A stretch of 64,000 nucleotides of DNA from an uncultured bacterium (GTDB lineage: Bacteria; Krumholzibacteriota; Krumholzibacteriia; LZORAL124-64-63), in NCBI GenBank assembly GCA_963727525.1, contig CAVSGO010000002.1, positions 128,001 to 192,000 on the forward strand, read 5' to 3'. Under the pieces are notes generated by a model. The model was not told the DNA's origin. It did no database searches and saw only the letters and a program-made list of their open reading frames with translations. Position 1 is the first letter of the stretch. Each line of letters opens with the position of its first letter. A program made the translations under genes and the position numbers. Of the stretch, positions 52,125-64,000 are shown piece by piece.

Positions 52125-53056
52125 ACCGATGTCCGATCACCTATGCGCCCTTGACCGACCGGGAGCACATCTACTCGCGGGCTGGCTTGCGGACGCTCGC
52201 GCCCGCGCTCGCTGGTCTTGAGGATCTGCCTTACGACGCCGAGGAGCAGCGGCAAGAGGCTCTCGCGCGCGTCACCAAGATGTCGATCCAGGGCGTGCAA
52301 CCCAAGCTGAGTGCGCGGCTGCGGATCAAGGAGGGGCGCTTCGAAATCGTCGATCGCGGCGGGACGTACATCCTCAAACCGCAAAGCCGCGACTTCCACC
52401 ACGTACCCGAAAACGAAGATCTGACAATGCGGCTCGCGCACCTGGTGGGCATCGAGACGCCGGTGCACGGACTCGTCCGCTCGCGCGACGGCTCGTGGAC
52501 CTACTTCATCCGCCGATTCGACCGGCAACCCCGCGGTTCCAGGCTCGCCGTCGAGGACTTCGCCCAGCTCTCCGGCCACACACGCGAAACCAAGTACGAC
52601 TCGCGCATGGAGCAGGTCGTCAAGGTGCTCGACCGCTATGCCACCTATCCCGTGGTCGAGAAGCTGGAACTTCTGCGGCGGTCACTTTTCTCTTTCCTCA
52701 CCGGCGGTGAGGACATGCACCTGAAGAACTTCTCCCTGATCACTCGGGGTAAACGCATCCAGCTGGCGCCGGCTTACGATCTCCTCAACTCCACGATCGC
52801 ATTACCCCGAGCGACCGAGGAATTCGCGCTGCCCCTGCGCGGCAAGAAAAGGAATCTCACGCGCGCCGACTTCCTGGAGTACTTCGCGCACGAACGGCTC
52901 GAGCTGCGCCAGGCGGCGGTCGACGATCTGCTGACGACCTTGCGCAACGCGCGGCCTGCGTGGGAGGACCTGATCACGGCGGCTTTCCTGCCCCAGCGCC
53001 TGAAGGACGTCTATCACGACCTCCTTCGAGACCGCTGGGAGCGATTGCTGAGCTAG
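52121..53056 (+). CDS. hipT: HipA-family Ser/Thr kinase toxin HipT
   Basis: Gly-rich loop 'MSIQGVQPKL', 'ILKP', 'ENE..TM.LA', 'RRFDR', 'EDFAQL', catalytic 'DMHLKNFS', 'LAPAYD'; lacks the N-subdomain, which is encoded separately. Confidence 0.92.
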   Translation: MNRCPITYAPLTDREHIYSRAGLRTLAPALAGLEDLPYDAEEQRQEALARVTKMSIQGVQPKLSARLRIKEGRFEIVDRGGTYILKPQSRDFHHVPENEDLTMRLAHLVGIETPVHGLVRSRDGSWTYFIRRFDRQPRGSRLAVEDFAQLSGHTRETKYDSRMEQVVKVLDRYATYPVVEKLELLRRSLFSFLTGGEDMHLKNFSLITRGKRIQLAPAYDLLNSTIALPRATEEFALPLRGKKRNLTRADFLEYFAHERLELRQAAVDDLLTTLRNARPAWEDLITAAFLPQRLKDVYHDLLRDRWERLLS

Positions 53057-53172
53057 CGTTCGCACTGGTCGTTTCCGATCCCGAGGACCCTCCCACCTGC
53101 ACATCCCGGCGTCATTCCGCGCATGTCGGTTCGAACCCCGAACCTCGACTCCTCACCCCCTGGAGGACCGAC

Positions 53173-54771
53173 ATGAAGACCACTCGAATTCTCGCGATAC
53201 TCGGCCTGGCGATGCTGGTGACCTCGGCGGCCCAGGCCCGTTTCATCATGTTCGACGCCAACTTCGACAGCCGGCCGGTCGGCTCGAGCCTCGACCGCCG
53301 CGGCGCGCGCTACGGCGAGCCCGTGGAGGCCGCCGGCGACAACCACAGCGAGGTCGTCGTCGCGGACGGCCCCGGCGACCGCAGCGTGCAGATCTGGGAC
53401 ACCACGACGTCCGGGCCCGACGCCCTCACCTTCGCCCTGCTGGACGGCCGGGAGATCAGCGATGGCAAGGTCCACGTCTCGCTGGAGCTGCAACCGGACA
53501 CGGTCGACGTCTACTCGGTGGGGGTCGATGGTCCTGATACCGCGACGCAGCGGTTCTTCTCCTTGGTCCTGGACGCCGCCGGATTCGTGTACTGGTCCGA
53601 CCATGACGATATCGCCGTCACGCAGTTCTCGACCTACGGCGCCGCCGACGTGCTGCAGATCGACCTGACGTTCAACTTGAACGACGGCACGTACGACTTC
53701 ACGCTGAACGGCACGCCTATCCTCACGGGCGAATCGTTCGGTACGCCCTCGTTCGGTATCGCCAACGTCGTGGTCGGTAACCAGCTCGATGGCAACGCCA
53801 CCGGCTCGGTGCGGATGGACGACCTCTCGGTGGACTGGGCGCCGGGCACGGCCACACCGCTGCTGAGCGCCAACTTCAATGACGAGGCGCTCGGCCAGCC
53901 CATCGGCTTCGGTGGCGCGGCCGTGGGCGAGCCGATCTCCGCGAACGCCTGCACACCGATCGTGGTGAACGGCGTCTTCCCCACGCGCTCGCTGCAGATC
54001 GACGATGCATCGACCACCACCGCCTCGTGGACGACCTTCGAGTTCCTCGACAGTGCCGAGGCCATGGGCGATGTGTCGATCTCGTTCTGGGTCGAGTTCG
54101 ACTCCCTCGAACGCTACGAATTCGTGGTCCACGAACAGGGTTCCAACACCGAGAATTTCCTGGTCATGAACTTCGTCGCCGATGGAAGGCTATGGTTCGA
54201 CGACGCCGCCAGCGGCAACTCGCATTACCACATGGAGACGTACGCGGCGAACACACCGGTCCATTTCGAGATCGCGTTCTACAGCGAACTGGGGCTGTAC
54301 AGCATCTGGATGGACGGCGTGCGCGTGGTGCATCGCCGCGGTCACGGCATCACCGGTCGCGGCATCGGCCGCCTCAATTTCGGCGAATCGTTCGACACCG
54401 ATCTCAATGGTCGGATGAACGTCGATCGCATCCAGGTCGATACGCTGGACAGCCCGCTGACCGGCGTCCAGGGGGACCCGACACCGCAGCTTGCCGCCAT
54501 CCCGCTCGCCGCGGCGCCCAACCCCTTCAACCCGGCCACCGCGCTGCGCTTCTCCCTGCCTCAGGCAGCCGACGTGCGGCTCGACGTGATCGACCTGCGC
54601 GGCCGCCGCGTGGCCCACCTCGTCAACGGCTCGCTGGCCGCCGGGGACCACGAGGCCACCTGGCATGGGTACGATACGGCCGGCCGGCCGGCCGCCTCGG
54701 GCGTGTACGAGGCGATCCTGCGGGTCGGTGGGCAGGTGCGCCAGCGGCTCGCGCTGACGCTGGTGAAGTAG
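53173..54771 (+). CDS. Secreted protein with two tandem beta-rich domains and FlgD-Ig/T9SS-type C-terminal domain
   Basis: Signal peptide ending 'AAQA'; internal duplication ('DANFD.RPVG.....GA..GEP' / 'SANFNDE.LG.....GA..GEP'); tail 'PNPFNP.T...LDVIDLRGRRV..L...W.G.D..G...ASGVY'. Confidence 0.8.
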   Translation: MKTTRILAILGLAMLVTSAAQARFIMFDANFDSRPVGSSLDRRGARYGEPVEAAGDNHSEVVVADGPGDRSVQIWDTTTSGPDALTFALLDGREISDGKVHVSLELQPDTVDVYSVGVDGPDTATQRFFSLVLDAAGFVYWSDHDDIAVTQFSTYGAADVLQIDLTFNLNDGTYDFTLNGTPILTGESFGTPSFGIANVVVGNQLDGNATGSVRMDDLSVDWAPGTATPLLSANFNDEALGQPIGFGGAAVGEPISANACTPIVVNGVFPTRSLQIDDASTTTASWTTFEFLDSAEAMGDVSISFWVEFDSLERYEFVVHEQGSNTENFLVMNFVADGRLWFDDAASGNSHYHMETYAANTPVHFEIAFYSELGLYSIWMDGVRVVHRRGHGITGRGIGRLNFGESFDTDLNGRMNVDRIQVDTLDSPLTGVQGDPTPQLAAIPLAAAPNPFNPATALRFSLPQAADVRLDVIDLRGRRVAHLVNGSLAAGDHEATWHGYDTAGRPAASGVYEAILRVGGQVRQRLALTLVK

Positions 54772-54792
54772 TAGTACCCCAGCGGTGTTCGG

Positions 54793-54820
54793 GGCCCCGA
54801 CGACGGTCGGGGCCTTTCTT
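54793..54820 (+). terminator. Intrinsic terminator
   Basis: GGCCCCGAC-GACG-GTCGGGGCC followed by TTTCTT. Confidence 0.75.
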
Positions 54821-54923
54821 CTCGCACCGGCGCGGTGGCAGCGTTGACATCGCCGGCCGTCTCGGCGAACGTCTCGTGCCAATCGAGTTCGTGGAGACCC
54901 CGAAGGAGGATCGAGGACCCGCC

Positions 54924-55559
54924 ATGTCGACGCTACTCGAACACCACCTCACCGCCGACGCGCGCCGCCACCTGGCATCCCTCACGACGCCGGCGTCCAT
55001 CCAGGCGTTCCTGGACGACGTGCCATACAGTGCCGAGCCTATCTATCGCTGCCCAATGCGCGTCGTGCGCGACCGACTCGCCCATTGCTTCGACGGCGCG
55101 CTGTTCGCAGCGGCCGCCCTCCGTCGACTCGGCGATCCGCCGCTCATTCTCGAGATGCTCCCCAACGACCGGGACGACGATCACCTGATCGCCCCCTTCA
55201 AGCGCCACGGTCACTGGGGCGCGGTGGCGAAATCGAACTTCGTGGGCCTGCGCTTCCGTGAACCCGTGTATCGAAATTTACGCGAGCTGGCGATGTCGTA
55301 CTTCGAGCAATATTACAACGTGGCCGGCGAGAAGACGCTGCGCGGCTACACCCTGCCGCTGAATCTGCGGGCCTATGACGCGCGAGCCTGGGAGATCAGC
55401 GACGAGCCGCTCGAGGACATTGCCGACCGCACGGATACACTGCGCCGCGTGTGGCTGCTCGGCCCGGAGATGGAAGCGGGACTGTCGATGGTGGATCCGA
55501 GGTCGCTCGCGGCAGGACAGCTGGGGGCGAATCCTGAGGGTCTGTACAGGCCTGAGTGA
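54924..55559 (+). CDS. Hypothetical protein with transglutaminase/papain-like Cys-His motifs
   Basis: 'IQAFLD..PY', 'AHCFDGALFAAAAL', 'DDDHLIA.FK..G.WGAVAKSN', 'REPVYR..REL..SY'. Confidence 0.65.
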   Translation: MSTLLEHHLTADARRHLASLTTPASIQAFLDDVPYSAEPIYRCPMRVVRDRLAHCFDGALFAAAALRRLGDPPLILEMLPNDRDDDHLIAPFKRHGHWGAVAKSNFVGLRFREPVYRNLRELAMSYFEQYYNVAGEKTLRGYTLPLNLRAYDARAWEISDEPLEDIADRTDTLRRVWLLGPEMEAGLSMVDPRSLAAGQLGANPEGLYRPE

Positions 55560-55633
55560 CCCGACAAGGATGGATGCCGCGGATTGGCGCCGGCACCAAT
55601 GACGATCCATCAAGAACTCGGCGCCTGCGTCGC

Positions 55634-56332
55634 CTACTGCGCCCCGAACACCCTCTGCAGCAGCGCCGTCGTGCGCGCCACCGGGTCGTCGCGGATCTTC
55701 TGCTCCTCCGTCGCCAGCACCTTGAATAAACCATCGAGCGCGTGGTCGGTCACGTAGCCCACGAGGTCCAGATCGGGGGGATTCACGAAGGGCAGGCTCT
55801 GCAGCTTTGCCACGAGCGATTCGTAGTCGCTGTAGCCGCCCACGCCCTGCAGGCGGTTCTCGATGATGGGGCGGTAGCGCCCGGTGAGCGCGGTGCTCGT
55901 CTTCTCGCGGAAATAGTCGGTGGCCGCGGTGTCGCCGCCGCGCAGGATGCCCCAGGCGTCGGCGATGGTCATGCCGCGGATGGCGTCGCCGAAGACGCTC
56001 ACCGACTCGCCGGCGGCCTGCTCGGCGGCGCGGTTCATGGCCACCTCCAGCTCGTCCACCTTCTGGCCCATGCCCACGGAGCGCAGGGTGCCGGCGACGT
56101 CCTGCACCTGCGGGGGCAGGACGATCTTCAGGGCCGCGTTCTTCAGGTAGCCGTCGAGCGCGCCCACCTGATTCGCGGTGCGCTGGGTGCCTACCGAGAG
56201 CGCCTCCTTGAGACCGCGAGCCACCGTCGCCTCGTCGAGGGGCGCCGAGCTGTTCATGACGTCCTGCAGGCTGGCGCAGCCGGCGAGGAGCAGGCTGACG
56301 GCGAGGGCGAGGCCGATCGGCAGGGTCCGCAT
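55634..56332 (-). CDS. DUF4197 family lipoprotein
   Basis: Lipobox 'LLAGC'; 'GLKEAL..G', 'MNRAAE.A', 'M.I.DA..IL.G...AAT.Y', 'ALDGLF.....EE.KIR.DP.AR.T.LL..VFG'. Confidence 0.9.
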   Translation of the reverse strand: MRTLPIGLALAVSLLLAGCASLQDVMNSSAPLDEATVARGLKEALSVGTQRTANQVGALDGYLKNAALKIVLPPQVQDVAGTLRSVGMGQKVDELEVAMNRAAEQAAGESVSVFGDAIRGMTIADAWGILRGGDTAATDYFREKTSTALTGRYRPIIENRLQGVGGYSDYESLVAKLQSLPFVNPPDLDLVGYVTDHALDGLFKVLATEEQKIRDDPVARTTALLQRVFGAQ

Positions 56333-56447
56333 GGGTCCGTCTCCTTGGTGGGGCGCGAGCGACATCCGACGCATGGTAACAGAGAATGGGATGGGCGACC
56401 CGCGCCGAATTGGCGTACCCTGGAGGGCCACTCCGAAGGCCTCGCGC

Positions 56448-57548
56448 ATGAGTGCTCGCCTGCGCGCTCTGACCGCCGATCTGCCGCCCCTGTACTGGCT
56501 GCTGTGGACAGGCACGCTCGTCAACCGGCTCGGCACCTTCGTGGTGCCCTTCCTCATCATCTACCTCACCGGACAGCGTGGGATCGCCGTGGCCCAGGCG
56601 GCGACCGTGGTGTCGCTCTTCGGGCTGGGGTCGTTCGTCGCGCAACTCGTGGCGGGTGAGCTGGCCGACCGTTTTGGACGGCGGCCGGTGCTGCTCTTGA
56701 GCCTTTTCTCCACGCCGGTCATGATGATGGTGCTCGGCCTCGCGCGCTCGGTGCCGCTGATCACCGCATCGACCCTAATCGTGGGCTTCTGCACCGACCT
56801 GTACCGACCGGCGTCGGCCGCGGCCATCGCCGACCTCGTGCCCTCACATGCGCGTCTGCGCGCGTATGGCTACAACTACTGGGCCGTGAACGTGGGTGCG
56901 GCGATCGCGCCCGTGATGGCCGGCGACCTCGCGCACATCGACTACCTCCTGCTCTTCGTCGGCGACGCGCTCACCACGCTGGCCTTCGTCTTCGGTATCA
57001 TCTCCATGCAGAGCTACACCACGCTGCCGGCGGCCATGCAGACGCGAGGGCTCGGGCCGCAGCAGTACGGCCTGGCGATCGCCCTGAACGGCGCGCTGGT
57101 GGTGCTGCTGAGCATCCCCTTCAACCATGCGGCGGGACGCTGGCCGCGCTTCCGGCTCATGGCGATGGCGGGCGTATTGCTGGGGACGGGCTTCGGACTC
57201 TACGCCCTGGCCTCGAGCCTCGCGCTCTACGCGGCGGGCGTGGCGATCTGGACGCTGGGCGAGATCGGTTCCGCGGCCGCGGCGCCGGCGATCATTGCCG
57301 ACCTCGCGCCGTCCGACAAGCGCGGCGTGTACCAGGGCGTCTTCCACTCGGGTTATAGCCTGGCCTTCTTCGCCGGGCCCATGCTCGGCGGCTGGGTGTA
57401 TCAGCACGCGGGGGCGCGGCCGCTTTGGCTCGGTTGCTTCGCTCTGGGACTCGCACTCGCCGTCGCCTACGCCGCGATGGGTCGCGTCGTCACCCGTCGA
57501 GACGGGCCTGCAGGTCGGCCGCCATCGCGTCCAGATACTCCTGCGTGA
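56448..57548 (+). CDS. MFS transporter (MdtH-like), apparently missing the central loop
   Basis: 'W.GT.VNRLG.FV.PFL', motif A 'GELADRFGRR', 'ADLAP...RG.YQG'; only 366 aa. Confidence 0.8.
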   Translation: MSARLRALTADLPPLYWLLWTGTLVNRLGTFVVPFLIIYLTGQRGIAVAQAATVVSLFGLGSFVAQLVAGELADRFGRRPVLLLSLFSTPVMMMVLGLARSVPLITASTLIVGFCTDLYRPASAAAIADLVPSHARLRAYGYNYWAVNVGAAIAPVMAGDLAHIDYLLLFVGDALTTLAFVFGIISMQSYTTLPAAMQTRGLGPQQYGLAIALNGALVVLLSIPFNHAAGRWPRFRLMAMAGVLLGTGFGLYALASSLALYAAGVAIWTLGEIGSAAAAPAIIADLAPSDKRGVYQGVFHSGYSLAFFAGPMLGGWVYQHAGARPLWLGCFALGLALAVAYAAMGRVVTRRDGPAGRPPSRPDTPA

Positions 57549-58920
57549 AGTCGATCTTCAGCTCCAGCCACATCGGCAGATGGTCCGACATCTGGTACGT
57601 GCGCCAGGCCGGGTAGCTGGAGTAGAACTCCGCGTCGCTGCCGGGCTTGCGCATGAACGGGTGGTAGATCGCCTCCTCGTCGGAGCGGTACACCACGTCG
57701 AAGTAATCGAAGACGCCGGCGCGGAACGGCACGATGTGCGTGTAGGCACGCCGGTGCGGATTCGCGCCGGTCCACACGGCGATCTGGTCGTAGTGCTTGT
57801 CCTTGGCCACGTTGGAGCCGGGGATCGACTGCAGCGGCTCGGGTGTCTCGAAGTCATTGGACATCAGCGCCGCCATCGTGTCGTGCTGACGGTCGACGAT
57901 GTTGAAGTCGCCGAGCGCGATGAAGTAGGCATCGGCATCGGTGTCGTTGTCGTTGCGCGCGCGCTGCGCGAGCAGTTCGGTGAGGCGGCGGATCTCGTCC
58001 TTGCGCTGGGCGAGGCCCGCATCGCCGGAGCCGTAGTAGATGTGCACCGTGGCCAGGTTGATGCGCAGCCAGCCTGCCTGGAAGGACACGATGAACGGCG
58101 TGCGCGCGAACTGTTTCGGACCGCCGACCAGGGAGTTGGGCGGCAGGACGATCTCCGCCGCCTCGGGTAGGGTCGGCGTGGCCGTGGCCTCGATCGCGAT
58201 GCCGCGGTCGGGCGTGAGCGGCACCCGGGCGTTCCGCGCGAAGCGGATGCGCGACCCTGGCGGCAGCGTCACCTTCGTGCCGTCAGGCACGGGAATCTCC
58301 ACGTCCTGGGTGATCTTGGTCTGCCCCGAGGCGAGGGTATCCATGGACAGCCCCGTGGGCGAGGCCAGCGTCGCACCGGCCGGAAGCTCGAGATGGGCGC
58401 CGCCGGCCACCTGGAAGCGGTCGCCGAAGGGGTCGGTCACCTGCTGGCCGTCGGGGAGCGTCAGCTCACCCGACACGCGGCGGAACCACACCTTGTTGCG
58501 GTTGAAGAGGTAGGCCATGCGCTCGTCGTTGCCCTGATCGCCCTCGGTGACGTCGGTGGCGATGTAATCCCAGCCCGGACCGAGCAGGTTCACCACGTCG
58601 TCGAGGGCGCTGAGGTCTCGGCGGATCTCCTGCAGCGCGATCAGGTCGAAGTGTGACAGGATCTCGGCGATGTAGGCCTTGGCTTCCAGGGAACGCCGGC
58701 CGTAGCTCGCGCTGTCGAACTCGCGCAGATTCCAGGTGGCGATGCGCACGAAGTGGGAGGTTTCGGTGGACGTGGGCAGGCTGCCGGGGAGCGCCGCGTC
58801 GTCGATGTGCGCGCGGAGCGCGGCACGCAAGGCCGTGAGTTTCTGGGTTGCGCGCTGCTTGTTCGCGAGGGTCTGCGCGCTGTCGCCGTCATGGGGGCGC
58901 AACCACGTGTAGAGGGGCAT
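57490..58920 (-). CDS. Endonuclease/exonuclease/phosphatase (DNase I-like) family protein with internal insertion
   Basis: 'IATWNLREF', 'FDLIALQE', 'ERMAYLF', 'FARTPF', 'VHIYYG', 'LGDFNI', 'YDQI', 'SDHLP'. Confidence 0.9.
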   Translation of the reverse strand: MPLYTWLRPHDGDSAQTLANKQRATQKLTALRAALRAHIDDAALPGSLPTSTETSHFVRIATWNLREFDSASYGRRSLEAKAYIAEILSHFDLIALQEIRRDLSALDDVVNLLGPGWDYIATDVTEGDQGNDERMAYLFNRNKVWFRRVSGELTLPDGQQVTDPFGDRFQVAGGAHLELPAGATLASPTGLSMDTLASGQTKITQDVEIPVPDGTKVTLPPGSRIRFARNARVPLTPDRGIAIEATATPTLPEAAEIVLPPNSLVGGPKQFARTPFIVSFQAGWLRINLATVHIYYGSGDAGLAQRKDEIRRLTELLAQRARNDNDTDADAYFIALGDFNIVDRQHDTMAALMSNDFETPEPLQSIPGSNVAKDKHYDQIAVWTGANPHRRAYTHIVPFRAGVFDYFDVVYRSDEEAIYHPFMRKPGSDAEFYSSYPAWRTYQMSDHLPMWLELKIDFTQEYLDAMAADLQARLDG

Positions 58921-58964
58921 GGGCGAAGCCTCCTCGAGTTTCGGATCTCACACGGGCGAACCCG

Positions 58965-62528
<3,564 letters not shown>

Positions 62529-62589
62529 CCAGGCGCGCCGTGCGGCCTCAGGCGTTACGTTGTACAGACCCCGCAGGAAGGACATCCCG

Positions 62590-63624
62590 ATGATCCCGAC
62601 GTTCCGCACGCGTTTGCCATGGTTGTTCCTGCTCGCCGTCGTGCTCGCCGGCTGCAGCCACGAAAAGGCCCGCGAGGGCGCCTTCTGCGGTGAGGGCGAG
62701 CCTCCCGCCGCGCCGGCGATGTTCGCGCCGGGATTCATCGACGGCGGTCCGCGCACGCGCGACGTCACGATGACGCCCGACGGCCACGCCCTCTATTACA
62801 CGGTGATCATCGGCAGCGGCACCAGCACGATCCTGGGCACGCATATCGAGAAAGGCCGCTGGACGGAACCCGAGGTGGCGTCGTTCTCGGGCGACCCCCG
62901 CTTCAGCGATCTCGAGGCGCAGATCGCGCCCGACGGCAAGCGGCTCTATTTCGTGTCCGACCGTCCCGACACCTCGCGTGGCGCCACCGAGGGCAACGCG
63001 GACATCTGGGTGTGCGAGCGCAACGGCGAGGACTGGTCGGCCCCCGTCGATCTGGGAGCCCCGATCAATACCGAGGTGCCCGAGTTCTTCCCGTCGGTGA
63101 CGCGCGAAGGCGTGCTCTATTTCACGCGCCGCGATCCCGATCGTCGCCGCGAGATCATCCTGCGCGCACGGCCGTTGCCCGGCGGTGGTTTCGCCACGCC
63201 CGAGGAGCTGGGGCCCGAGGTGAACTGCGGCCTCACGCAGTTCAACGCCTTCGTGGCGCCCGACGAGAGCTACCTCATCGTCTGCGTGGCGGGGCGTACG
63301 GAGAACCTCGGCCAGGTCGACTACTTCATCGCTTTCCGTGACGACGACGACACCTGGCACGGACCCGTCGACCTGGGCGACCGCATCAACGGTCCGGGCA
63401 AGGAGGGCTGGTCGCCGTACGTGTCGCCCGACGGGCGCGCGTTCTTCTTCATGAGCACGCGGCGACAGCCCGCGCCGGAGAACCTGGCCCCGCTCACCCG
63501 CGCCGGGCTGCGCAACCTCCATGACGCGCCCGGCAACGGCAACGGCGACATCTGGTGGATGGACGCGTCGTTCCTCGCCGCGCTTCGCGACGAGGCCGAC
63601 CAGCCGCCGCCGCCGATCGAGTAG
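62590..63624 (+). CDS. PD40/TolB-like beta-propeller lipoprotein
   Basis: Lipobox 'VLAGC'; repeats 'TPDGHALYY', 'APDGKRLYFVSDR', 'SPDGRAFFF', 'PVDLG..IN'. Confidence 0.85.
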   Translation: MIPTFRTRLPWLFLLAVVLAGCSHEKAREGAFCGEGEPPAAPAMFAPGFIDGGPRTRDVTMTPDGHALYYTVIIGSGTSTILGTHIEKGRWTEPEVASFSGDPRFSDLEAQIAPDGKRLYFVSDRPDTSRGATEGNADIWVCERNGEDWSAPVDLGAPINTEVPEFFPSVTREGVLYFTRRDPDRRREIILRARPLPGGGFATPEELGPEVNCGLTQFNAFVAPDESYLIVCVAGRTENLGQVDYFIAFRDDDDTWHGPVDLGDRINGPGKEGWSPYVSPDGRAFFFMSTRRQPAPENLAPLTRAGLRNLHDAPGNGNGDIWWMDASFLAALRDEADQPPPPIE

Positions 63625-63629
63625 CGGCC

Positions 63630-64000
63630 CTAGCCGTGGACCAGCGGCTGCAGCCGCTGCACCACCTGCTCTTGCACGTCGTCCCAGAAGAGCTGCAGGT
63701 GCGGGAACGGGATCTGGATGCCGGCCGCGTCGAGGGCGAGCTTCGACGCCTCGAGCACCGCGTAGGTGGTGGCGCGGATCGACTCGCCATCGTCGATCCA
63801 CACGCGCACCAGCAGGTTCACGCTGGAGTCGCCGAGACCCTCCACGACCACGCTCGGCGCCGGGTCGTTGCGCACGTCGGCCAACGCGGCCACGGCCTTC
63901 TGCAGGACCTCGCGCGCCTGGATCACATCTTCCTTGTAGGCGATGCCCAGCGGCACGTCGATGCGGATATCGCCGTGCTTGCTGCTGTTCTCCAGCACAG
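63630..64000 (-). CDS. MscS family mechanosensitive channel, C-terminal part (starts beyond right edge)
   Basis: 'RID..LGIAY..D', 'DPAP.V....LGDSSVNL.VRVW', 'GIQIPFP'. Confidence 0.9.
   Translation of the reverse strand, partial: VLENSSKHGDIRIDVPLGIAYKEDVIQAREVLQKAVAALADVRNDPAPSVVVEGLGDSSVNLLVRVWIDDGESIRATTYAVLEASKLALDAAGIQIPFPHLQLFWDDVQEQVVQRLQPLVHG

Noticed and set aside
53110..53150. GGTTCGAACCCC resembling a tRNA T-loop (possible att remnant after hipBST)
   Set aside because: The T-stem does not pair properly, no cloverleaf can be built, and no integrase is nearby.

Overview
GC-rich bacterial chromosome segment spanning the replication origin. Left arm (minus strand): a partial PAS sensor gene, parB, parA, two perfect parS sites, rsmG, mnmG, mnmE, jag, yidC, yidD, rnpA, rpmH. 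Right arm (plus strand): dnaA, dnaN, recF, DUF721/dciA, gyrB, gyrA. DnaA-box clusters lie on both sides of dnaA, suggesting a bipartite oriC. The remaining ~44 kb holds secreted proteins with FlgD-Ig/T9SS-type C-terminal tails (an FCB-group lineage is an inference only), an AraC regulator followed by an ABC-F/hflX/MFS operon, a type IV minor-pilin/PilY1 cluster with a sigma54-like promoter, a GT39-like TPR protein, ilvE, a DEDDh exonuclease, an HDOD protein, dtxR-feoA-feoB, a convergent TonB-receptor/YfiR/HAMP hybrid-kinase locus, clpB-mtfA, a hipBST toxin-antitoxin module preceded by three phased 16-bp palindromes, and miscellaneous enzymes and transporters. I saw no rRNA, tRNA, CRISPR array or IS element. 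The best leads are the hipBST operator array, the TBDR-YfiR-kinase module, the AraC/20-bp repeat/ABC-F-HflX-MFS unit, the sigma54 and sigma28 promoter motifs, and an EEP nuclease with a ~110-aa repeat insertion. All calls come from reading motifs by eye; no searches were run.
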